DNA from: a virus
Length of the DNA: 64,000 bases
Virus record (IMG/VR): IMGVR_UViG_3300042569_002054
Strand: one strand, 5' to 3'
How positions within the stretch are numbered: the stretch's first letter is position 1; the number at the start of each line of letters is the position of its first letter. The notes under the pieces were generated by a model that did no database searches, had not been told where the DNA came from, and worked only from the letters and a program-made list of their open reading frames with translations. The position numbers and the translations under genes were made by a program. Positions 49,401 through 56,306 of the stretch are shown piece by piece.

Positions 49401-49530
49401 TAAAGTAGTTAACACTCCAACAATTTTTAATGACTATTCACAAACAAATAAAGAAAATTATCAAAAACTGTTAAGTAAAATTAAAAAAGGATTTGATATT
49501 TACCAAAGTATTATTCCTATTAATGAGTAA
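43423..49530 (+). CDS. Giant baseplate hub protein (gp27/gpD-like, 2035 aa) with a possible C-terminal muralytic domain
   Basis: LEDVKGRALF, GNVMIQPSMYF...GSYFITEVNH; C-terminal IESG..NNIAG. Confidence 0.6.
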   Translation: MESENIYVFPSTCDNIFVINPNKVTNQYGNAEDRNIKQENLIYYANLECDLEPRSRLISGADKTTVKTVSLASMNFLNPTGTGALTTEWTSIQDRTANQNQIANQLLGIKTISYRVGLSYIPTITINLEDVKGRALFESGENSPYSAFFNLPYPTFYLTLKGYYGKAVQYPLILQKFTSSFNSSTGNFDISLVMIGYKFNVLTDITMAELFAVPQMYLKRTNVPQGENTGNQTQTNTQQITQLGYEKIRDVYTDYKNLGLIPKDFPELTVQQLSTKLDNFINYSLAKFGQSNLTPLNDIDTYSQDLTQYRGEIYNFTTSWFNLNLDTTNFFISNPINNVRYKIYTYKLSNFQKLDTVVINDIDTQYSKLQSIITKNNENLKNNTTFGSGEYKIENPIDIENIRTDDTNIDYVETYKQRNNVETVNQEQVTSIVNQIDNLKNLFKESEIGFLFQFDGTSRFLDLTYELDKILNDRKTLIEDKLTKELSSFIQTTSGLGFSPTIRNVVAVIMASAEAFLRLMQDVHKKAFDVRNSEIKKLVTKNDSASQLSPVYPWPQFVVEKNIDGQVKFEIQYPGDNSVISVTKGNNYTIWPEVEFVEEFLKGYLQRETPPVPPIPTNEGINRILISGFDTLPSNEPYSNLAESKFLYEVWERIQTITQYNGFQKNNDSSTNQNILNYLAETESLNVFNALNSGNRENSPRLNFLFKTSNFTKDSYFSELVNLQQDYSIYSQGYFVTDYLKREVNENPNKILFEDLPTIQITNDKEKYMVNYLNSNVHNDISFTDTYPYIDSNWDYVNLAAGQNNSKFKNINSTELSIYYNTYFKKITNFEKSSVVGTNGDKTKLRPYTDYNWRSNEITTPVDLQTFYNNRKPTEFLPTEGFINYIDSNLTNKQTTSILNTPYFVNAIQKGINTTLNGQSSAYLEASYLFLNSLPLSTLKERYLSFENNLNTYSDFIFAGLKKFGGVHRLPYFWILKLGSIWNRYKNYVNNGTDYITSIWTNFNYLNNFDPINNLASTTYVLSSETFNTTSITLENTQTSTINYHIGFYPKLINDFYFLHNGSYLYNPNSVTTSLEIQNALQTALDKREIILFNANQSNIQSTNINLKTWTVLIKVSNSEGEESYTICPSFGTTTNQIEKECFDNNKNNIISLSNNPSVHNGSVRLFWGAPNYGYFNTTPIRKSGYNEYLKKVYPDKQEQVSFELFSEFVYSNIEELFSVFDTEELNNFEIEFLKFANQGSSSVYSFESILKKITFYNEKSENIIGVDYNEIVKSIATSQSYDVNTTITNSLQYDVLIKRGNPTGFDKNLFNILSSNPSPAIVNRYNIPNYETTPNSVPTNFGLTYNESKSLYPNEWKTMELYVGFSTINGLEYDTNTSVTNENYLTNFFRVFNIGFTVDNIKLFRNLIKMYGTTSILGNSGNIDVFRNKIDTYLSVTDNLSGETFTNFITSLQKRLGGGNTNTEKIDSVLEGFQSKVELYDMFKAINDKWIAGNDYTKIDENSDAPLFKDYLFVDRANRNVGDIFVDIAKVNSYLKGANVKANVFTVVGSIIKDHNFVSFLMPSYINFYGRQTPTGQDETSKNTEPNEFANNLFGTFDTVDYQSSKPKMLNIFVDKPSQQTDNKSKLNGYKDDGLDITICAENSVGVDASQKRNFSLENRIVGFAVDFELQNQGVFKKINVSQDLGKATSESLMAEYNLANSSAGIQTSTQSVSLYNIYKTRSYAASVEAMGNVMIQPSMYFVLRNIPLFAGSYFITEVNHNIGLEEFSTSFTGTRQAIATLPKVDTLFQTIKKQLLTNLGSTFKNQGGSTTGIPNNSVQIKNSITNSIIGGKIMSNTPNCNKDEAYSNYTKYSETNKNEGADVIVSAIKVLPTTDKVRLCIFISCWIESGLSINETTHRLQFFGNNIAGVTLDYDYPGELKNYLTSNFMCLTNNSSQYTQTYAVFERENSLYEFMIAAYPDNINNTVNNITDKDIFATEFSKFWIEYFPYNKVVNTPTIFNDYSQTNKENYQKLLSKIKKGFDIYQSIIPINE

Positions 49531-49567
49531 TTTCATTATTGATGAATATTTATAATAAAATAATATT

Positions 49568-49792
49568 ATGAACACTAAACAAATTTTAGATAGATACTTG
49601 GGTAAGAGTACACGAATTACTGAAACTGATAAAGGAAATGGTTTTAAAGAAGTGTGTGATTTAGATACTGGTGATTGTTATACAATCAGAATGAAGGATG
49701 GATTAATTGAAAGAGTTAACAATACTCTTAATACTAATAAAAAAATAAACGTAGAAACAACACAAGGTTTCAAACAATTACTGAACGGTTAA
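49568..49792 (+). CDS. Hypothetical protein
   Basis: 74-aa ORF preceded by TATTTATA. Confidence 0.65.
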   Translation: MNTKQILDRYLGKSTRITETDKGNGFKEVCDLDTGDCYTIRMKDGLIERVNNTLNTNKKINVETTQGFKQLLNG

Positions 49793-49793
49793 G

Positions 49794-50456
49794 ATGGCAA
49801 TTTCAGAAACAATTATTGAAGAGTTAAGAAGATATAATAAAATTAATAATTATATTACCGAACAAGAAACGGGATTACCACCGGCACCTGAAGGTGACCC
49901 TAACGCGGCTTTACCACCGGCACCTGATGCTGAAGCTTTACCACCGGCACCTGACGCTGGTATGGGAGCGGCAACACCACCAACTGCAGAACCTATTGAT
50001 GTGGCATCAGACCCTGATGTTGAAAAACTTGATGACGAAAATGAATCATCAGAAACTGAAGAATTAGAAATTACTGATTTAGTAAAATCACAACAAAATA
50101 TTGAAACAAAACAAGAAGAATATTTTAATAATTTATTTAACCAATTAACTGATTTAGAAAGTAAGTTAAGTAATATGGAAAATATTTTTACTAAATTAAA
50201 TGATATCGAAGCTAAGATTGAAAAATACAGAGAAAAAACTCCACAAGAAAAACTTGAACTAAGAAGTTTAGACTCAGGGCCATTCAATCAAAAATTGACT
50301 GACTTTTTTGTTGACAAACAAGAAGATATTGAAAAGTCAGGAAAAAATGAATATGTTTTAACAACTGATGAAGTTGAAGATTTTACTCCTTCAGAAATTA
50401 AAACAACTTTTAACAATTACGGAGAAGAAACACAATACAAACCTTTGAAATTCTAA
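49794..50456 (+). CDS. Hypothetical acidic coiled-coil protein with PPAP repeats
   Basis: 220-aa ORF; LPPAP x3. Confidence 0.7.
   Translation: MAISETIIEELRRYNKINNYITEQETGLPPAPEGDPNAALPPAPDAEALPPAPDAGMGAATPPTAEPIDVASDPDVEKLDDENESSETEELEITDLVKSQQNIETKQEEYFNNLFNQLTDLESKLSNMENIFTKLNDIEAKIEKYREKTPQEKLELRSLDSGPFNQKLTDFFVDKQEDIEKSGKNEYVLTTDEVEDFTPSEIKTTFNNYGEETQYKPLKF
49875..49954 (+). repeat. Three identical 17-bp direct repeats (TTACCACCGGCACCTGA) in coding sequence
   Basis: Copies at 49875, 49911 and 49938, all in frame. Confidence 0.85.
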
Positions 50457-50465
50457 ATTTCAAAT

Positions 50466-50494
50466 TTGACTATTACGGCTGACACACTTATACT
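50466..50494 (+). promoter_or_regulatory. Near-consensus sigma70-like promoter TTGACT-N17-TATACT for the replication operon
   Basis: Hexamers at 50466-50471 and 50489-50494. Confidence 0.7.
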
Positions 50495-50525
50495 TGAATA
50501 TTAACTAATAAATTATACACACAAA

Positions 50526-51365
50526 ATGGCGACAAATTCCCTAGATGCTGTACTCGCACAGTATGAAAAAGCGAAAAGTGGAGGTAACTCTGCAAACAAA
50601 ATGTCTCAAGAAGACAGAATGAAAAAATATTTTGCAGCAATCTTGATGCAAAATGAGAACTCAGGACAGAAACGTCTTCGTATTCTACCTACACCTGATG
50701 GGTCATCACCCTTCAAAGAAGTATGGTACCACGAAGTACAAGTTGAGGGTAAATGGAATAAAATCTATGACCCAGGAAAGAACGATAACGAGCGTTCACC
50801 TTTGACTGAAATTCATGATGAATTAATGTCAACAGGTAAAGAGTCTGATAAAGAACTTGCAAAGGCGTATAAGCCACGTAAATTCTATATCGTTAAAGTG
50901 GTTGACCGTGATAACGAAGCGGACGGAGTTAAGTTCTGGCGTTTTAAACACAACTACAAGAACGAAGGTATTCTTGATAAAATCATTCCGATTTGGAAAG
51001 CTAAAGGTGATATCACTGACCCTGTTAATGGTCGTGACCTTATCATAGAATTGACAAAGGCAAAGACACCAAAAGGTGCTACTTACACAGTTATTCAGAC
51101 TGTTATGCATGATGACCCAACACCTGTTCACACAGACGCTGAGACTGCTAAGGCTTGGACTGAAGACCCACTTACTTGGATGGATGTTTACTCTAAGAAA
51201 CCTGTTGAGTATTTGGAAGCAATTGCTCGTGGAGAAACTCCAAGATGGTCATCTGATTTAGGTAAATACGTTTATGGTGATAGTTCATCTGACGAAGGTA
51301 CTATCGGTGGTTCATATGTTGACCCACAGGCAGAAGCAGAACCAGATGGTGATTTACCATTCTAA
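50526..51365 (+). CDS. Single-stranded DNA-binding protein (gp32-like)
   Basis: RLRILP, YIVKVVDR, GRDLII; acidic tail ending DGDLPF; next to uvsX. Confidence 0.75.
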   Translation: MATNSLDAVLAQYEKAKSGGNSANKMSQEDRMKKYFAAILMQNENSGQKRLRILPTPDGSSPFKEVWYHEVQVEGKWNKIYDPGKNDNERSPLTEIHDELMSTGKESDKELAKAYKPRKFYIVKVVDRDNEADGVKFWRFKHNYKNEGILDKIIPIWKAKGDITDPVNGRDLIIELTKAKTPKGATYTVIQTVMHDDPTPVHTDAETAKAWTEDPLTWMDVYSKKPVEYLEAIARGETPRWSSDLGKYVYGDSSSDEGTIGGSYVDPQAEAEPDGDLPF

Positions 51366-51371
51366 TTTATA

Positions 51372-51410
51372 AAAGGTTGGACACTAACATACACAAAGTG
51401 TCCAACCTTT
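51372..51410 (+). terminator. 14-bp perfect hairpin between ssb and uvsX (terminator or processing site)
   Basis: AAAGGTTGGACACT-N11-AGTGTCCAACCTTT. Confidence 0.6.
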
Positions 51411-51450
51411 GCTATTTTTAAACAACAAACAAATTAAATCATAGACATTT

Positions 51451-52443
51451 ATGGCAATAAAGAAAAAAGAATTTTCATTAGATGCAATCAAAGACAAATA
51501 TTCAACCAAGACAAAATATAAAGAAACAGACTTTTATGAGGTCGGTGAAGCTTTCCATAATAGTTGCGGTTTACCTGGTCCTGCTTTGGGTAACATCAAC
51601 ATGTTCTTGGGTCACTCGAACTCTTCAAAAACGACCGCGCTTGTCAAAGCCGCTGTGTCTGTACAGAAGAAGGGGCATTTGCCTGTTTTTATTATCACCG
51701 AGAAAAAATGGAGCTGGGACCATGCAGTAGAACTTGGTCTTGAAGCTAAAATGGTAGACGGAGAATGGGATGGTCAATTTATCTTTAATGATAACTTTGA
51801 CTATATTGAACAAGTTACAGATTACATTAACGAACTATTAGACGAACAAGAAAAAGGTAATATTCCTTATTCTCTTTGTTTCCTTTGGGATTCAGTTGGT
51901 TCAGTTCCTTGTAAGATGACATTTGACGGTAAGGGTGGAAAACAACATAACGCATCTGTATTAGCTGATAAGATTGGTATGGGTATTCAGGCTCGTATTA
52001 CCAAATCTCGTAAGGAAGATTATCCATACACAAACACAATGGTGGTAGTTAATCAACCTTGGGTTGAATTACCTGACAATCCATTTGGACAACCAACAAT
52101 TAAAGCAAAAGGTGGTGAAGCTCTTTGGTTGGCATCGGCTCTTGTATTCTTGTTTGGTAATCAGAAAAATGCTGGTATTAACCACATTACTGCCACTAAA
52201 AATGGTAGAACGGTATCTTACGCTATCAGAACAAAAATATCTGTCCTAAAGAACCATATCAATGGATTAGGGTATAAAGATGGTAAGATTATCGCAACTG
52301 CTCAAGGATATATTGCTGACGATAAAGATGCTCTTGAAACATATAAGAAAGAGTATTCACAATATTGGAACGCAATCCTTACAGGAACAGGTGAAATAAC
52401 TCTTGACGAGACTGAAGAAACTTTTACAAACGAACAATTTTAA
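51451..52443 (+). CDS. RecA/UvsX-like recombinase
   Basis: GHSNSSKTT (Walker A variant), LWDSVGS, VVVNQ, KGG.AL, KNHI.G. Confidence 0.85.
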   Translation: MAIKKKEFSLDAIKDKYSTKTKYKETDFYEVGEAFHNSCGLPGPALGNINMFLGHSNSSKTTALVKAAVSVQKKGHLPVFIITEKKWSWDHAVELGLEAKMVDGEWDGQFIFNDNFDYIEQVTDYINELLDEQEKGNIPYSLCFLWDSVGSVPCKMTFDGKGGKQHNASVLADKIGMGIQARITKSRKEDYPYTNTMVVVNQPWVELPDNPFGQPTIKAKGGEALWLASALVFLFGNQKNAGINHITATKNGRTVSYAIRTKISVLKNHINGLGYKDGKIIATAQGYIADDKDALETYKKEYSQYWNAILTGTGEITLDETEETFTNEQF

Positions 52444-52452
52444 TTTTAGTTC

Positions 52453-53457
52453 GTGAAAAAAACACTACTTGTTGACGGAAACAATCTAATGAAAATTGGG
52501 TTTCATGGTGTGAAGGATTACTTCCACAATGGAGAACACATTGGAGCGTTGTATCATTTTATGAATACACTTCGTAAATTCATTAACGAACAAAACTTTG
52601 ATAAAGTAGTAGTATTATGGGATGGTGAAGATTCCACGAGTTTACGTGGAATTCTTTATCCCAAATACAAACAAAACCGACGATTGGTTATGGAGGATGC
52701 TATCTTTATGTCCTATCTAAAACAAAAAAATCGTATCAAACAATATTTGGAAGAAGTCTATATAAGACAATTAGAGATTAGTGGAAGAGAAGCTGATGAT
52801 TTAATTGCTTATTATTGTCAAGTATCTGAAAATGAAGATAAATTAATTTTTTCATCAGACAGAGACTTAACACAACTTATTTCCGAAAACGTGTCCATAT
52901 ACTCACCATCAGTTAAAGCTACGTTTAAACAGGGGGATAAGATTAAATTTGACGACTTTGAGTACCCACACTATAACGTAAAGACATTGAAGATATTAAT
53001 TGGTGATAAATCAGATAATATTGAAGGCATCTATCTTTTGGGTGAAAAAACTTTAGTTAAATTTTTTCCTCAAATACTTGAAACAGAAGTTTCTTATAAC
53101 GATATTTTAACAAGAGCTGAAAATTTATTAAAAGAGAATAAAGACAATCAAGCTCTAAAGAATCTTTTAACAGGTAAAACAAAATCAGGTATTTTTGAAA
53201 AAGAATTTTTCCAAGTTAATGAACAGATTGTTGACTTATCTAATCCTTTATTGAGTGATGAAGACAAAGAAGAAATACTATCAATTGTTACCGAAAAATT
53301 AGATATTGAAGGTAGAAGTTACAAGAACTTAATTAAGTATATGGTTCAAGACGGGTTATTTAAATACCTACCAAAGGGTGACGACTCATGGACATACTTC
53401 ATCCAACCGTTCATGAAGTTAACAAGAAAAGAAAAAACAAAAACAAACAAAAAATAA
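52453..53457 (+). CDS. 5'-3' exonuclease / RNase H (FEN-like; GTG start)
   Basis: LLVDGNN, WDG, YKQNR, EADDLI, SDRDLTQL, GDKSDNIEG. Confidence 0.9.
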   Translation: MKKTLLVDGNNLMKIGFHGVKDYFHNGEHIGALYHFMNTLRKFINEQNFDKVVVLWDGEDSTSLRGILYPKYKQNRRLVMEDAIFMSYLKQKNRIKQYLEEVYIRQLEISGREADDLIAYYCQVSENEDKLIFSSDRDLTQLISENVSIYSPSVKATFKQGDKIKFDDFEYPHYNVKTLKILIGDKSDNIEGIYLLGEKTLVKFFPQILETEVSYNDILTRAENLLKENKDNQALKNLLTGKTKSGIFEKEFFQVNEQIVDLSNPLLSDEDKEEILSIVTEKLDIEGRSYKNLIKYMVQDGLFKYLPKGDDSWTYFIQPFMKLTRKEKTKTNKK

Positions 53458-53465
53458 CATAAATT

Positions 53466-53918
53466 ATGAAAGAACAAGACATTACCAAACTGGAATTCTT
53501 GATGACGGTAAACAACAATTTTATCGTACAACGTTTTTTTAACGTTAAGGGGTATAGCCCAAAGGCTCACAACTCGGCTGAGTTGATTGATTTGATGGAT
53601 GGTTTCATTTCAGAATTGAAAGAAAATTTCAAGATGAAAACTGTAAACTATATGTTGGACAATCAATATCAGATTAGTGAAGACCCTGAGGTATTGAACA
53701 CATCATTTACTGATGGACCTGAGTCGTTTAACATCTATATCAAAAATGGTGATACGACAATGTGTCATTATACGTTTGATGCTAAACTTTATCCACCTAA
53801 GGTGAGATACACCGTAGACATACGCCCGTTCCTAAAAGGTATCCTTTTTGGTCTTACTGACGTGTTGTCATCTAGAAATTTAACACACGAATACATGGGT
53901 TATCAGCTGGCTCGTTGA
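53466..53918 (+). CDS. Hypothetical protein in the replication module
   Basis: 150-aa ORF between the exonuclease and helicase genes. Confidence 0.75.
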   Translation: MKEQDITKLEFLMTVNNNFIVQRFFNVKGYSPKAHNSAELIDLMDGFISELKENFKMKTVNYMLDNQYQISEDPEVLNTSFTDGPESFNIYIKNGDTTMCHYTFDAKLYPPKVRYTVDIRPFLKGILFGLTDVLSSRNLTHEYMGYQLAR

Positions 53919-53943
53919 TATTTATTCTAAAAACAAACATAAT

Positions 53944-55314
53944 ATGGCTGACAAAAATTTTGACTATTTGGGAGAGACCTTCCAATTACAACTTCTTAAT
54001 CAAATGATACTTGATAAGGATTTTTCACACTCAATTATTGAGGTGATGGAATCTACTTATTTTGAAAACAAATACTTTAGATTATTTGTTCAGATGGTAA
54101 AAGAATACTATTCAAAGTTTGAACACAGTCCTAGTTTTGAGACAATTCAACAAAAAGCTAAGAGTGAAATTAGTCAGGAGTTATTATTAAAGATAACTCT
54201 TGACACTATTTCTGATATACAGAATGTTACCGAAGAGGGTACTCAGTTTGTTCAGGAAAAGGCATTGAAGTTTTGTAAACAACAAGAACTTCAAAAAGTT
54301 ATGGATAAAGCTAAGAAAATCATTGACCATGGTGAGTTTGAAAACTACGACACCTTGGAAGAAATGGTTAGAGGAGCTTTACAGGTTGGAAACGTGGATA
54401 GAGGAACGGGAGATGTGTTTCAAGACTTAGATGAGGTATTGGCGGATGATTATAGACATCCAATCCCTATGGGAATACCGGGTATTGACAATCTTTTGAA
54501 AGGTGGTTTGGCAAAAGGAGAAATTGGTGTTATATTAGCACCCACTGGTGTTGGTAAATCAACACTGACAACAAAGATTGCTAATCACGCTTTTAATTTA
54601 GGGTTTAATGTTTTACAAATTTTCTTTGAGGATAACTATAAGATTATTCAGAGAAAACACTTTACGTGTTGGACGGGTATAGCACCTGACGAACTTGGTA
54701 ATCATAAAGAAAAGGTTATGGCTAAAATCTCAGAGATTAAAGAAACCATGCCAAACAAGTTGATTATGAAGAAGTTACCTTCGGACACATTAACTATGAA
54801 TCAGATTAAGAATCAGATTAGAAAGTTGATTGCCGATGGGACAAGGATTGATGTGGTTATTTTGGATTATATTGATTGTGTAACACCTGAAAAGATGATG
54901 GACGATGAATGGAAATCTGAGGGTTCAGTTATGAGAGCATTTGAATCAATGTGTCATGAATTGGATATTGCAGGTTGGACGGCAACACAGGGTAATAGAA
55001 GTTCTATTTCATCTGATGTGGTAACAACTGACCAAATGGGTGGTTCTATTAAGAAAGCTCAGGTAGGACACGTTATCATCACGGTGGCTAAGTCATTACA
55101 ACAAAAAGAATTAAATCTTGCAACTATTGCTATCACAAAGTCAAGAATTGGTAAAGACGGGGTAGTATTTGAAAACTGTAAGTTCAATAACGAAATGTTA
55201 GAAATTGATACAGAAAGTACTACAACATTCTTAGGACTTGAAGAACAGAAGGAAGAAAGAAATAGAAGTAGAATTAAAGAAATTATGGAGAAAAGAAAAC
55301 AAACAACAGTATAA
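53944..55314 (+). CDS. Replicative DnaB/gp41-like helicase
   Basis: APTGVGKST, FFED, ILDYID, TATQGNR. Confidence 0.9.
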   Translation: MADKNFDYLGETFQLQLLNQMILDKDFSHSIIEVMESTYFENKYFRLFVQMVKEYYSKFEHSPSFETIQQKAKSEISQELLLKITLDTISDIQNVTEEGTQFVQEKALKFCKQQELQKVMDKAKKIIDHGEFENYDTLEEMVRGALQVGNVDRGTGDVFQDLDEVLADDYRHPIPMGIPGIDNLLKGGLAKGEIGVILAPTGVGKSTLTTKIANHAFNLGFNVLQIFFEDNYKIIQRKHFTCWTGIAPDELGNHKEKVMAKISEIKETMPNKLIMKKLPSDTLTMNQIKNQIRKLIADGTRIDVVILDYIDCVTPEKMMDDEWKSEGSVMRAFESMCHELDIAGWTATQGNRSSISSDVVTTDQMGGSIKKAQVGHVIITVAKSLQQKELNLATIAITKSRIGKDGVVFENCKFNNEMLEIDTESTTTFLGLEEQKEERNRSRIKEIMEKRKQTTV

Positions 55315-55327
55315 TTATTAAAACAAT

Positions 55328-56287
55328 ATGGAACAAAAAATGGAAAAATTATTAGAAGAAAATCCAAATCGTTTTGTGATATTCCCAATCAAGTACAACG
55401 ATATTTGGGAATATTATAAGATGCATCAAGCCGCGTTTTGGACGGCAGAAGAAATTGATTTAAGCGGTGACCTACGTGATTGGGAAAACTTATCAGAGAA
55501 CGAACAGTATTTTGTGAAAAATATTTTATCGTTTTTTGCAGCATCAGATGGTATCGTAAATGAAAACTTGGCTGAGAATTTCTACAGAGAAGTACAATAT
55601 CCTGAGGCAAAATTCTTTTATGGAATTCAGTTGGCTATGGAAAACATCCATAGTCTAATGTACTCACTTCTTATTGATACTTACGTGTCAAATGAGGATG
55701 AGAAGAACAAATGTTTCACTGCATTAGATAACCTACCGGCAGTTCAAAAGAAGGCTAAATGGGCTTTGGATTGGATTGAAAACGCATCTTTTCAAGAAAG
55801 ATTGGTTGCGTTTGCTGCAGTTGAGGGTATCTTCTTTTCAGGTTCATTCTGTTCTATCTTTTGGTTGAAATCAAGAGGTATCATGCAAGGATTGTGTAAC
55901 GCTAATGCTTTGATTTTCAAAGATGAAAACTTACATTGTGACTTTGCAATTCATTTATTAAATAATCACATTGAAAACAAACCGAGTGAAAAGAGAATTA
56001 AAGAAATTCTACTTTCAGCTCTTGAAATTGAAAAAGAATTCATCACTGAATCACTACCTGTTTCTTTAATTGGTATGAACCAAAACTTAATGAAACAATA
56101 TCTTGAGTTTGTGGTTGATGGATTATTGGTAAAGTTTGGATGTAAAAAACAATTTAATGTAGAACAACCGTTCAAATTCATGGAACAAATTGCAGTTGAA
56201 ACAAAGGGTAATTTCTTTGAGTCACGTACCGTTGAATATCAAAAGGCCAAGTTAAATGAAACCCTATCCTTTACTGACGATTTTTAA
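55328..56287 (+). CDS. nrdB: Class Ia ribonucleotide reductase beta subunit (eukaryote/Bacteroidota-like)
   Basis: [55 protein letters not shown]. Confidence 0.95.
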   Translation: MEQKMEKLLEENPNRFVIFPIKYNDIWEYYKMHQAAFWTAEEIDLSGDLRDWENLSENEQYFVKNILSFFAASDGIVNENLAENFYREVQYPEAKFFYGIQLAMENIHSLMYSLLIDTYVSNEDEKNKCFTALDNLPAVQKKAKWALDWIENASFQERLVAFAAVEGIFFSGSFCSIFWLKSRGIMQGLCNANALIFKDENLHCDFAIHLLNNHIENKPSEKRIKEILLSALEIEKEFITESLPVSLIGMNQNLMKQYLEFVVDGLLVKFGCKKQFNVEQPFKFMEQIAVETKGNFFESRTVEYQKAKLNETLSFTDDF

Positions 56288-56306
56288 TTTATTATCTTTT
56301 TAAACT

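Noticed and set aside
49875-49954. Mini-CRISPR (three 17-bp repeats)
   Set aside because: Repeats and gaps (19 and 10 nt) are too short and uneven, and all lie in frame as LPPAP
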